The position numbers and the translations under genes are program-made. This document shows, piece after piece, positions 1-8,632 of a DNA stretch of 42,448 nucleotides (positions are counted from its first letter, which is position 1; each line of letters begins with the position of its first letter). The stretch is from contig JBFGJV010000002.1 in the NCBI GenBank assembly GCA_041577015.1, positions 1-42,448 of the forward strand. Reading direction: 5' to 3'. This DNA is from Myxococcota bacterium. Its GTDB lineage: Bacteria; Myxococcota_A; UBA9160; PR03. The notes beneath the pieces were generated by a model. That model did not search any database, had not been told where the DNA came from, and saw nothing but the letters and a program-made list of their open reading frames with translations.

Positions 1-213
1 AGGGGGGCTGCCATCGGGTCGCTGCATCGGCGCCTCTGGCGCAAAAATGAAGGGATTTAGCCCCATCGAAACCCCTCGAGCCAGCAGCTCTGCGGCACGA
101 GTCCGGCCCACGTCCGCGCTGCTCGTCACGACCGACCACCGCCCTGCTGACCTCCCCCTGAGAGCTCGAGCTGGCCTACCTTGCGAGGACCGCTCCTTCC
201 GGGAGGGACGCGC

Positions 214-1035
214 GTGAGCGGCCTCGACCCGAGCGAACTCGTCGACCTGGATCGCTATCCGATCGTCGAGCTGGAGGCGCCGCCCGCGCGCGCGCTCGTG
301 GGGGCCCAGCGTCGCTCGCTGGCGGAGCGGGGCGTCGCGATCCTGCCGGGCTTCGTGCGTCCGGCGGTGCTCCAGGCCATCGCCCGGGAGGCGCTGGATC
401 TCGAGCCCAAGGGCCACCTGGAGGACGTCTGGGGCACGCCCTATCTGGCGCTTCCCGACGAGTCCTTTCCCGAAGGCCACCCGCGCCGCACGAACGTGCA
501 CTCCCTCACCTCGGTGATCGCCTACGACCTGATCCCGCAGGGCTCGCCGCTGCGCGCGCTCTACCACTGGGATCCCCTCAAGGCCTTCGTGGGCGAGGTG
601 CTGGAGCGCCGCCCGCTGCATCGCATGGCCGATCCCCTCGGCGCGCTCAACCTGGCCGTGATGAGCGAGGGCCACCAACAGGGCTGGCACTACGACAACG
701 CGGACTTCGTGGTCTCGCTGGCGGTCCAGGCCAGCAACGCGGGCGGCGCGTTCGAGTGTGCGTCCCGCATCCGCAGCGCCTCGGAGGAGGATTACGAGGC
801 GGTGGCCCAGGTGCTCCGGGGCGAGGCGCGCGACCGCGTCGAGATCTTTCCCATGACGCCGGGAACCCTGATGATCTTCGAGGGGCGGCACTCCCTGCAC
901 CGGGTCTCTCCGGTGGAGGGAGCGACCCCGCGCATCGTGGCGCTGCTCGCCTACGACACGCGCCCGGACGCCGACAGCAGCGAGCTCTTCAAGCTGGTGC
1001 GCTACGGCCGCTCGCAGCCCCTGCCCACGACCTGA
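214..1035 (+). CDS. Fe(II)/2-oxoglutarate-dependent oxygenase family protein
   Basis: ORF 181..1035. GGGAGGGA at 201-208 favours the in-frame GTG at 214. HxD (GWHYDN) plus a distal His (GRHSLHRV) fit a 2OG-oxygenase facial triad. Third codon positions are strongly G/C. Confidence 0.7.
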   Translation: MSGLDPSELVDLDRYPIVELEAPPARALVGAQRRSLAERGVAILPGFVRPAVLQAIAREALDLEPKGHLEDVWGTPYLALPDESFPEGHPRRTNVHSLTSVIAYDLIPQGSPLRALYHWDPLKAFVGEVLERRPLHRMADPLGALNLAVMSEGHQQGWHYDNADFVVSLAVQASNAGGAFECASRIRSASEEDYEAVAQVLRGEARDRVEIFPMTPGTLMIFEGRHSLHRVSPVEGATPRIVALLAYDTRPDADSSELFKLVRYGRSQPLPTT

Positions 1036-1053
1036 CGCGCCGCGCCTCCCGCG

Positions 1054-1401
1054 CTACCAGCGCGGCGTCGTCTCCGGGTCGCGCCCGAAGAACTCGAGCG
1101 GGCGTTCGGCCGTCAGGTGCTCGGGGACGATGGCGTAGTCGCCGCGCAGCGCCGGCTGGATCAGCCTGCGGGAAACCTGGGAATCCCCCGCCGTCAGCAC
1201 CCATGCCGCCGAGCCGGTGGCCGTGCCGAGCACGGCGTAGATCACCTTGAGCGGGCCATAGCCCAGGTTCAGCACTGCGCAGGTCGTGCCCCGGACGAAC
1301 TCCGTCAACGCCCAGGGCTCGTCCGCGCTCGCGCTCGACGGCAGGCCGATCGTGAGCGCCACGGCGGCCGCGGCGATGTGGCGAGCGGGCTTCAGGCGCA
1401 C
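1054..1401 (-). CDS. hypothetical exported protein, downstream of and overlapping cfa
   Basis: Lower part of ORF 1054..1584. The in-frame GTG at 1401 gives (M)RLKPARHIAAAAVALTIGLPSSASA, a signal-peptide-like N-terminus. The start overlaps the cfa stop (1392-1394). No recognisable family. Confidence 0.5.
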   Translation of the reverse strand: MRLKPARHIAAAAVALTIGLPSSASADEPWALTEFVRGTTCAVLNLGYGPLKVIYAVLGTATGSAAWVLTAGDSQVSRRLIQPALRGDYAIVPEHLTAERPLEFFGRDPETTPRW

Positions 1402-2609
1402 GCTCCCGCGCCCGGGCCGCGATCCCCCGGCTTGGCGAGCACCATCTGCACCACGCCGTTGTAGCGCTCCGCGAACCCGCCCTCGCAGTAGCCGAAGTAG
1501 AACTCCCACGTGCGCAGGAACTCCTCCGAGCATCCGAGCGCGCGCGCCCGGTCCTCGTTGCGGCGCAGATTCTCCCGCCAGCACGCCAGCGTGCGGGCGT
1601 AGTGTGCGCTCAGCTCTTCAAGATGCGCGATGCGTAGGTCCGTGACACGGGCCAGGGAGCCGGCGATCGCGCCCACCGAGGGCAGACAGCCGCCCGGAAA
1701 GATGTAACGCTTGATGAAGTCCACCGCTCGCTTCGAGCGCTCGTAGCGCTGCTCCGGCACCACGATGGCCTGGAGCAGCATCCGGCCCTGGGGCCGCAGA
1801 CGCTCGCTGCAGGACCCGAAGAAGGTGTCGAAGTACTGGTGACCGACGGCCTCGATCATCTCGATGGAGACGAGCCGGTCGTAGTCCCCCTCCACGTCGC
1901 GATAGTCGCGCAGCAGCACGTCGACGCGGTCCGCGAGCCCGGCCTCCTCCACGCGCTGCCGGGCCAGCTCGAACTGGGCCTGCGAGACGGTCGTGGTGGT
2001 GACGCGGCAGCCATGGCGCCAGGCCGCATGGACCGCGAAACTGCCCCATCCGCCGCCGATCTCGAGCACGTGGTGCTCGGGTCCCAGCTCGAGTTTCCGG
2101 CACACCCGCTCGTACTTGGCGCGCGAGGCGTCCTCCAGCGTGGCGTCCTCGCGCTCGAAGATGCCGCAGGAGTAGGTCATGGTGGGATCCAGGAAGGTCT
2201 GGAAGAAGGCGTTGCCCAGGTCGTAGTGCGCCGCGATGTTGCGTCGGCTGCCCGGGCGCGTGTTGCGCCGCAGCGCGTGGCGGAGGGCCAGCACAGGCCG
2301 GGAGAGGAGCGCCGGGCCGCGGTCGAGCTGCCCCAGCGCCTGCTGGTTCCTGAGCAGGATGCGCACCACCCCGGGCAGGTCGTCGCAGTCCCACAGGCCG
2401 CGCAGGTAGGCCTCCGCCGCGCCCAGGGAGCCGCGGCGGAGCACGAGCCCGTAGAAGCGCGGCTCGTGCACGCGGATCGTGGCCTTGGGCACGCCGGTGG
2501 GATCCCCGAAGTGCTCCTCGGAGCCGTCTTCGACGAAGGTCAGATGACCCCGTTCGAGACCCCGCATCGCGGACAGGACGGCATCGCGTGCGAAGGAGGA
2601 GAGGCCCAT
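1392..2609 (-). CDS. cfa: cyclopropane-fatty-acyl-phospholipid synthase
   Basis: C-terminal 405 aa of the 1229-aa ORF 1392..5081, starting at ATG 2609 (MGLSSFARD...). Collinear with E. coli Cfa: HYDLGNAFF, MTYSCGIF, SAM motif VLEIGGGWG, IFPGGCLPS, FYFGYCEGGF. Confidence 0.93.
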   Translation of the reverse strand: MGLSSFARDAVLSAMRGLERGHLTFVEDGSEEHFGDPTGVPKATIRVHEPRFYGLVLRRGSLGAAEAYLRGLWDCDDLPGVVRILLRNQQALGQLDRGPALLSRPVLALRHALRRNTRPGSRRNIAAHYDLGNAFFQTFLDPTMTYSCGIFEREDATLEDASRAKYERVCRKLELGPEHHVLEIGGGWGSFAVHAAWRHGCRVTTTTVSQAQFELARQRVEEAGLADRVDVLLRDYRDVEGDYDRLVSIEMIEAVGHQYFDTFFGSCSERLRPQGRMLLQAIVVPEQRYERSKRAVDFIKRYIFPGGCLPSVGAIAGSLARVTDLRIAHLEELSAHYARTLACWRENLRRNEDRARALGCSEEFLRTWEFYFGYCEGGFAERYNGVVQMVLAKPGDRGPGAGACA

Positions 2610-2646
2610 CGTCGCATCCCCGCTCTGGCGGACTCCAGCCCGCGCG

Positions 2647-2889
2647 TCAGGCGTCCGGCGGAAGCTCCGGGGAGGTCTTGCGGATCTCTTCGAGCCTGCG
2701 CTGGAGGCGCCGAAGCTCCTCCAGGGCCATCGGGTGCGGAGCAGGCTTCGGATGGCTGCCGGCGCTGAAGGCGTGGAAGCGTCCCGCCCCCCAGCGGCTG
2801 AGTGCACACTCGTCCATGATGCTCCGCGCCGAATTCCCCGTGCACGGGAAGAGCACGTTGTAGGTCCGGAGCGCCACCGTCGGCAGCAT
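2647..2889 (-). CDS. ArsC/low-molecular-weight phosphotyrosine phosphatase family fragment (N-terminal P-loop part only, probably truncated or pseudogenic)
   Basis: YNVLFPCTGNSARSIMDE is the CX5R(S/T) P-loop of thioredoxin-type ArsC/LMW-PTP, followed by FHAFSAGSHP. The ORF stops after 80 aa whereas the family is about 130-140 aa. Only 37 nt remain before the cfa start, and no continuation appears in other frames. Confidence 0.5.
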   Translation of the reverse strand: MLPTVALRTYNVLFPCTGNSARSIMDECALSRWGAGRFHAFSAGSHPKPAPHPMALEELRRLQRRLEEIRKTSPELPPDA

Positions 2890-2993
2890 ATCACGGGCTT
2901 CAGCCGGATCCGCCGCCTGCCGATCGGATTGCCTGGCGCCGGGGGCCCGGGCGAAGCCCGAGTGAGGCCCTTCGGCCCCGTGGGAGCCCCCGC

Positions 2994-5114
2994 ATGGCCG
3001 GCCTCGACGCCTCCGTCCGTGGACCTCGCGTCCTGCTGGCCGAGCCGGACGAGGCCACCCGCGCCATCGCCCGCGAGGCGCTCCAGCAGCAGGGCTTCCT
3101 GATCCTCGAGGCGGCAGACGGCGAGGAGGCGCTCGCGCTGGTGCGGCGGCGGCAGCCGGCCCTGGTGCTGGCGGACGCCGAGCTGCCCGGCCTCGACGGT
3201 CTCGCGCTCTGCGAGCGCATACGCCGGGAGCCCGCGCTCCAGGCGACCCCCTTCATCGTGCTCGCCGCCATGGACGACGTGGAGAGCGTGCGCCGGGGCT
3301 ACGACCTGGGAGCCACGGACGTGATCCGCAAGCCCGTGCACTGGCTGATCCTGATGCACCGCGTGCGTGCGGTGCTGCAGAGCCTCGTCAACCAGGATGC
3401 GCTGCGCCGCAGCCGCGAGCGCCTCGCCAGCCTGCAACGCATGGCGCGGGTGGCGGTCTGGGAGTACGCCCTCCCGGATGGCCCCATCTACGGCTCCGAG
3501 GAGCTGCGGCGGCTGTTCGGGATCGCCTCGGAGGAGGGCTCCGTCACGCCCGAGCTCCTGCTCGGTCGCGTGCACCCCGAGGAGCGCGAGCAGGCGCGCG
3601 CCACCGTGGAGCAGCACCTGCGCGAGGGAAAGGCGCTCAGCCTCGACGCGCGCCTGGCGCTTCCTGACGGTTCCGAGCGCTTCGTGCACGCCCAGGCCGA
3701 GGTCGTGGCGGACGCCGCCGGCCGTCCGGCCCGCATCTCGGGCACCGTTCAGGAGATCACCGAGCGCAAGCGCGCCGAGGAGCAGGTGCGCTTCCTGGCC
3801 GACCACGACAGCCTGACGGGTCTCACCAATCGCCGCTCGTTCGTGGAGCGACTCGAGCAGGCCCTGGCCTCGGCCAAGCGTCACGACCGGCTGGCCGTGC
3901 TGCTGTTCCTGGACCTGGACAACTTCAAGCGCATCAATGACACGCTCGGGCACTCGGTGGGAGACCAGCTGCTCCAGGGCGTGGCCGAGCGCCTGGTGCA
4001 ATGCACGCGCGAGACCGACTACGTGGCCCGGAACGAGGCCCCGCTGGAGCGCGCCGTCTCGCGGCTGGGCGGCGACGAGTTCACCGTGCTCCTGAGCGAG
4101 GTGGCGAGCACCGACGATGCGGCCCGTGTGGCTTCCCGCATCATCGACGTGCTGCGCGAGCCCTTCCGGATCGGGCGACACGAGCTGATCGTGGGAGCCA
4201 GCATTGGCCTGACCGTCTACCCGCTGGACGGCGACGACGTCGAGACACTGCTGCGCAACGCGGACACGGCCATGTACCAGGCCAAGGACAAGGGCAAGAA
4301 CAACTATCAGTTCTTCACCTCCGCCATGAACGCCACCGCATCGAAGCGCATGGCCATGGAGCGCAAGCTGCGCAAGGCGTTGGAAGCCGAGGCCCTGCAG
4401 CTCTGCTACCAGCCCCAGGTGGACCTCCGTACGGGTCGCATCACCGGGGTCGAGGCCCTGCTGCGCTGGCAGGATCCGGAGCTGGGGATCGTCTCGCCGG
4501 CGGAGTTCATTCCGCTGGCCGAGGAGACGGGTCTGATCGTCTCGATCGGGGAGTGGGTGCTGCGGCAGGCCTGCCGCCAGCAGGCCGCCTGGAGCTCCTC
4601 GGGGCTGCCCCCCGTGCGCATGGCCGTCAACCTCTCCCCGCTGCACCTGAAGCACGAGGCCCTGGTCCAGTACGTGATCCGCACGCTCTGGGACACCGGC
4701 GCCGATGCACGACAGGTCGAGATCGAGATCACCGAGAACGCCTTCATGCAGGGACAGGACGCGGCCGTGACCGTGCTCCAGGAGCTCAAGCGCGTGGGCG
4801 TGTCGGTTGCGCTGGATGACTTTGGCACCGGCTACTCGTCGCTCAGCTATCTGAAACGCTTCCCGGTGGACGCGGTGAAGATCGACCGCTCCTTCGTGCG
4901 GGACATCGCCGTGGATTCCGACGACGCCGCCATCACCTCGGCGATCATCTCGATCGCCAAGGACCTGCGTCTGCGCGTGATCGCCGAGGGTGTGGAGACC
5001 CAGGCCCAGTCGCGCTTCCTGGGCGAAAGGGGCTGCGACGAGATGCAGGGCTACCTGTTCTCGCCGCCCGTGACCGCCCACGCGGTGGCGGACCTGCTCA
5101 CGCGTGGTTCCTAG
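2994..5114 (+). CDS. response-regulator receiver / PAS / GGDEF / EAL protein (c-di-GMP turnover)
   Basis: ATG at 2994. REC domain (VLLAEPDE...LVLADAELPGLDG). PAS region. Intact GGDEF (SRLGGDEFTVLL). EAL domain (GVEALLRW, EIEITE, DDFGTGYSSLSYL, KIDRSF). Confidence 0.92.
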   Translation: MAGLDASVRGPRVLLAEPDEATRAIAREALQQQGFLILEAADGEEALALVRRRQPALVLADAELPGLDGLALCERIRREPALQATPFIVLAAMDDVESVRRGYDLGATDVIRKPVHWLILMHRVRAVLQSLVNQDALRRSRERLASLQRMARVAVWEYALPDGPIYGSEELRRLFGIASEEGSVTPELLLGRVHPEEREQARATVEQHLREGKALSLDARLALPDGSERFVHAQAEVVADAAGRPARISGTVQEITERKRAEEQVRFLADHDSLTGLTNRRSFVERLEQALASAKRHDRLAVLLFLDLDNFKRINDTLGHSVGDQLLQGVAERLVQCTRETDYVARNEAPLERAVSRLGGDEFTVLLSEVASTDDAARVASRIIDVLREPFRIGRHELIVGASIGLTVYPLDGDDVETLLRNADTAMYQAKDKGKNNYQFFTSAMNATASKRMAMERKLRKALEAEALQLCYQPQVDLRTGRITGVEALLRWQDPELGIVSPAEFIPLAEETGLIVSIGEWVLRQACRQQAAWSSSGLPPVRMAVNLSPLHLKHEALVQYVIRTLWDTGADARQVEIEITENAFMQGQDAAVTVLQELKRVGVSVALDDFGTGYSSLSYLKRFPVDAVKIDRSFVRDIAVDSDDAAITSAIISIAKDLRLRVIAEGVETQAQSRFLGERGCDEMQGYLFSPPVTAHAVADLLTRGS

Positions 5115-6517
5115 TCGCCGAGCAGCCGATCCAGATCGAAGCCCTGTTCCAGTCGGGGCACGACCGTCTCGCAGCCGATCTCCCGGCGCAGGTGCCGCTC
5201 GAGCTCGAGCGACGCTTCCGGCTCGCCGTGCACCACGAAGACCAGGCGCGGGGGCCGCTCGGCGGACCGCACCCAGCGCAGCAGGCCGTCGCGGTCGGCG
5301 TGCGCCGAGAGCCCGTGCACCACCAGGAAGTCGGAGCGCACCGGCACGTTCTCCCCGTGCACGCGAAGCGTGCTCGCCCCCTCCAGCAGCTGGCGCCCCC
5401 GCGTGCCCGGCGCCTGGTAGCCCACCAGCACCACGAGGTTGCGCTCGTTCGGGAGGATGCGGCGCAGATGGTGCAGCACCCGGCCTCCCGCGAGCATGCC
5501 ACTCGAGGAGATGATGATGCGCGGGCCATCCATGCGGTTGAGCCGCTTCGAGTCCTCCACGGAGCGATGGAAGTGCACGTTGCGCGGGAACAGGCGCCCG
5601 TGTCCTTCGCCCACCAGCTCGGGATCCAGGTTCTCGTCGTTCAAGTGGCGGCTGTAGACGCGCGTGGCGTCCACGGCCATGGGACTGTCGATGTGGATCG
5701 GCACCTCGGGCAGCTCCCCGGCCTCCATGGCCTGGCGCAGCAGGAGCGTCACCAGCTGGGAGCGGCCCACGGCGAACGACGGGATCAATGCCACGCCGCC
5801 GCGTCCGAAGCAGCGCAGCAGCGGCGGGCGCAGCTGCTCCAGGAAGGGCGTGTCATCGTGCTGCCGGTCGCCGTAGGTGGACTCCAGCACCAGGACGTCG
5901 CTCGCGGGCGGTGGGGTCGGGTCCGGGTGGAGCGGCATGTCGTAGCGGCCCACGTCGCCGCTGAAGAGCAGGACCACCTCCCGGCCGCCCGTCGTGGCAC
6001 GCACCTCGACGTGCGCGGAGCCCAGGATGTGGCCCGCATTCAGGAACCGCGCACGCAGCCCGTCGTCGAGGCCCAGCCAGGCGCCGTAGTCCACCGCCCG
6101 CATCAGGCCCAGCGCCGCCTCGGCGTGCTCAGTGGTGTAGAGGGCAAGCGCCGGCTTGTGCTTGCTGTAGCCCTTCTTGTTGGCGTAGGCGGCGTCCTCC
6201 TCCTGGATCTTCGCCGAGTCCAGCAGCAGCAGCTGCGCCAGATCGCGCGTCCCCGGGGTGCAGTGGACGGGTCCGGCGTAGCCGTCGTGGACCAGGCGCG
6301 GCAGGTAGCCGGCGTGGTCGATGTGCGTGTGGGTCAGCAGCAGGTGGTCCAGCGTCGCGGGGTCGAAGGAGGTGGGTTGCCAGTTGCGGCGACGCAGCTC
6401 GCGAAGACCCTGGAAGAGCCCCGCGTCCACCAGGACGCGTCGTCCCGCGGCTTCCAGCAGGTGCCGCGAGCCGGTGACGGTGCGGACGCCACCATGGAAG
6501 GAGAGCCGGAGTGCCAC
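5111..6517 (-). CDS. MBL-fold metallo-hydrolase, beta-CASP RNA-metabolising family
   Basis: HTHIDHAG (HxHxDH). The beta-CASP layout continues to the C-terminal HGLSAHAD and VHGEP. GTG at 6517 gives (M)ALRLSFHGGVRTVTGS, the typical family N-terminus. The track's TTG at 6556 is an alternative start. Confidence 0.88.
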   Translation of the reverse strand: MALRLSFHGGVRTVTGSRHLLEAAGRRVLVDAGLFQGLRELRRRNWQPTSFDPATLDHLLLTHTHIDHAGYLPRLVHDGYAGPVHCTPGTRDLAQLLLLDSAKIQEEDAAYANKKGYSKHKPALALYTTEHAEAALGLMRAVDYGAWLGLDDGLRARFLNAGHILGSAHVEVRATTGGREVVLLFSGDVGRYDMPLHPDPTPPPASDVLVLESTYGDRQHDDTPFLEQLRPPLLRCFGRGGVALIPSFAVGRSQLVTLLLRQAMEAGELPEVPIHIDSPMAVDATRVYSRHLNDENLDPELVGEGHGRLFPRNVHFHRSVEDSKRLNRMDGPRIIISSSGMLAGGRVLHHLRRILPNERNLVVLVGYQAPGTRGRQLLEGASTLRVHGENVPVRSDFLVVHGLSAHADRDGLLRWVRSAERPPRLVFVVHGEPEASLELERHLRREIGCETVVPRLEQGFDLDRLLGD

Positions 6518-6572
6518 GAGGGCCGGGAGTCTACGCGACGAGACAGCCCCGGCCAATCGCTATGCTCCGGGC

Positions 6573-7418
6573 GTGGACTTCTTGAACCTGCTCTGGATCC
6601 TGCTGATCGCGAGCGCGCTCACGCCCGTGCTGCGCCAGAAGCTGCTGGAATCCTCCCGCGGGCGCGCCATCCAGCAGATCGAGCGCACGCGTGCCTCTCG
6701 AGTGATCCTGCTGGTGCATCGCCAGGAGCAGATGAGCTTCCTGGGCATTCCCATCTTCCGCTACATCGACGTCCAGGACTCGGAGCAGGTGATTCGCGCC
6801 ATCCAGCTGACGGATCCCCAGATTCCCATCGATCTCGTGCTCCACACCCCCGGCGGGCTCGTGCTCGCCTCCCTCCAGATCGCCCGAGCCATCGAGCGCC
6901 ACCCCGGCAAGGTGACGGTCTTCGTGCCCCACTACGCCATGTCCGGCGGCACGCTGATCGCCCTGGCCGCCGACGAGATCGTGATGAGCCCGCACGCGGT
7001 GCTCGGGCCCGTGGATCCCCAGATCGGCCAGTACCCGGCCGCCTCCATCCTGCGCGCGGTGGCTCGCAAACCGGTCGCCGAGGTGGACGACGAGACGCTG
7101 ATCCTGGCGGACGTGGCGGAGAAGGCGAGCGTGCAGCTGCGGGAGAGCGTGACGGAGCTGCTCTGTTCGCGTCTTCCCCCGGACCGCTGCAAGCGGATCG
7201 CGTCCACCCTCTCGGACGGTCGCTGGACCCACGACTTCGGCATCACGCCCGAGGCGGCGGTGGAGCTGGGGCTGCCCGTGAGCACGGAGATGCCGGAGGC
7301 CTTCCTGGAGCTGATGAAGTTCTTCCCGCAGCCGGTGCGCCGCACGCCGAGCGTCGAGTACACGCCCGGGCCGCGGCGCTTCCGGCCGCGTCCGGAGCCG
7401 CCCAAGCAGAGCGACTAG
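6573..7418 (+). CDS. SDH-family Clp-fold serine protease (periplasmic/membrane ClpP-class)
   Basis: Real part of ORF 6321..7418, with in-frame GTG at 6573. N-terminal TM segment (FLNLLWILLIASALTPVL). LVLHTPGG and the catalytic-Ser context HYAMSGGTLIALAADEIVM. Confidence 0.8.
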   Translation: MDFLNLLWILLIASALTPVLRQKLLESSRGRAIQQIERTRASRVILLVHRQEQMSFLGIPIFRYIDVQDSEQVIRAIQLTDPQIPIDLVLHTPGGLVLASLQIARAIERHPGKVTVFVPHYAMSGGTLIALAADEIVMSPHAVLGPVDPQIGQYPAASILRAVARKPVAEVDDETLILADVAEKASVQLRESVTELLCSRLPPDRCKRIASTLSDGRWTHDFGITPEAAVELGLPVSTEMPEAFLELMKFFPQPVRRTPSVEYTPGPRRFRPRPEPPKQSD

Positions 7419-8632
7419 ACGGGAGCGTCGGGAGGGGGGAGTTCGTCGTCCCGAAGGCCGGCCTCGGAGCCGCCCAGCCAGCCCCGGCGCCAGAACCAGC
7501 CCACCAGGCCGATCGCCAGCGCGACCATGCCGCCCCACACCGCCGCATAGCCCCAACGCCAGTGCAGCTCGGGCATGTGGTCGAAGTTCATGCCATAGAT
7601 GCCCACGACGAAGGTGAGTGGGATGAAGATGCTCGCCATCACCGTCAACGTCTTCATCACCTCGTTCATGCGATTGCTCACGCTGGAGAGGTAGATGTCC
7701 ATCAGCCCCACGGCCATCTCGCGATAGGTCTCGATCACGTCGAGGATCTGGAAGGCATGGTCGTAGGCGTCGCGGAGATAGAGGCGCACATCGGGCCGGA
7801 AGGGCGAGGCTTCGTCGCGCAGCAGCGCGTTCACGGCGTCACGCTGGCGCCACTGGATGCGGTGCAGGGCCAGCAGCGTTCGCCGCACGCGGTGGATCCT
7901 CGCCAGCGTCGCGCGGGTGGGCCGGTCCATCACCTCCTCCTCGAGGTCGTCGAGGGCCTCGCCCAGCGCCTCCGCCACCGGGAAGTAGCCGTCGATCAGT
8001 GCGTCCAGTAGCGCGTAGGCCAGGTAGTCCTCGCGTCCGCGGCGAAGCTGCCCGACGCCCGCCCGCAGGCGCTCGCGGACCGGATCGAACACGTCGCCCG
8101 GCTGCTGCTGGAAGGTGAGCAGCCAGCCCGGCCCGATCAGGAAGCTCACCTGCTCCAGCAGGACCTCGCGGTTCGCTCCCAGGCGGGCCATCCGCATCAC
8201 GATCAGGTGATGCGCGCCGTAGTCCTCGAGCTTCGGCCGCTGCGGCACGTTCACCGCGTCTGCGAGGGCGAGGGGGTGGAGGTCGAAGACCTGGCGGATC
8301 TCCTCGAGCGTGGCTGCGTCCCCGAAGCCCTGCACGTCGATCCAGGCCACCTCCTCGGCGTCGCGCATGGAGGCGAGCGGAGCCAGATCGGTCAGCTCGT
8401 GCTCCTCGCAGCGATCCGGCGCGAACACGAAGGTGTGGATGCGGGGGCGCGGCGCATCCCGGGGGATGCCGAGCGCGCCCGGCCGGGCGCCGGGCTGCAG
8501 GGGCTCGTGGCGGCGGAACAGCGCGCGCGCGTGTCCCCCGGCCAGGTGCAGCGCGTGGAGGGGCAGGCGCGGGAGGTCGCCCACGCGCCGTCGGCGTCGC
8601 CGTCGTCTCGAAGGCCGGGACGGTGCGCTCAT
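7415..8632 (-). CDS. corA: magnesium/cobalt transporter CorA
   Basis: YGMNF (GMN motif) between two C-terminal TM helices, and a CorA-like cytoplasmic domain. ATG 8632 overlaps the upstream stop (ATGA). The first ~70 aa, including an R8 run, is an atypical extension; GTG at 8584 is an alternative start. Confidence 0.9.
   Translation of the reverse strand: MSAPSRPSRRRRRRRRVGDLPRLPLHALHLAGGHARALFRRHEPLQPGARPGALGIPRDAPRPRIHTFVFAPDRCEEHELTDLAPLASMRDAEEVAWIDVQGFGDAATLEEIRQVFDLHPLALADAVNVPQRPKLEDYGAHHLIVMRMARLGANREVLLEQVSFLIGPGWLLTFQQQPGDVFDPVRERLRAGVGQLRRGREDYLAYALLDALIDGYFPVAEALGEALDDLEEEVMDRPTRATLARIHRVRRTLLALHRIQWRQRDAVNALLRDEASPFRPDVRLYLRDAYDHAFQILDVIETYREMAVGLMDIYLSSVSNRMNEVMKTLTVMASIFIPLTFVVGIYGMNFDHMPELHWRWGYAAVWGGMVALAIGLVGWFWRRGWLGGSEAGLRDDELPPPDAPV

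Noticed and set aside
47-217. 57-aa ORF (MKGFSPIETPRASS...) ending in a GTGA overlap with the oxygenase start.
   Set aside because: There is no Shine-Dalgarno sequence. By my codon count third-position GC is noticeably lower than in neighbouring genes, with rare codons AGA, CTA, TTT and GGA. There is no recognisable motif, so it is probably 5' leader or promoter DNA.
2540-2845. 101-aa minus ORF, examined as a possible frameshifted continuation of the truncated ArsC-like gene.
   Set aside because: It shows no ArsC/LMW-PTP similarity (no Cys pair, no DP loop). It overlaps the cfa start and has low-complexity composition.
2610-5081. Upper part of the 1229-aa minus ORF 1392..5081, antisense to the GGDEF-EAL gene.
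   Set aside because: Only the C-terminal 405 aa (cfa) has homology. The rest is the mirror frame of a well-supported gene and has a low-complexity composition.
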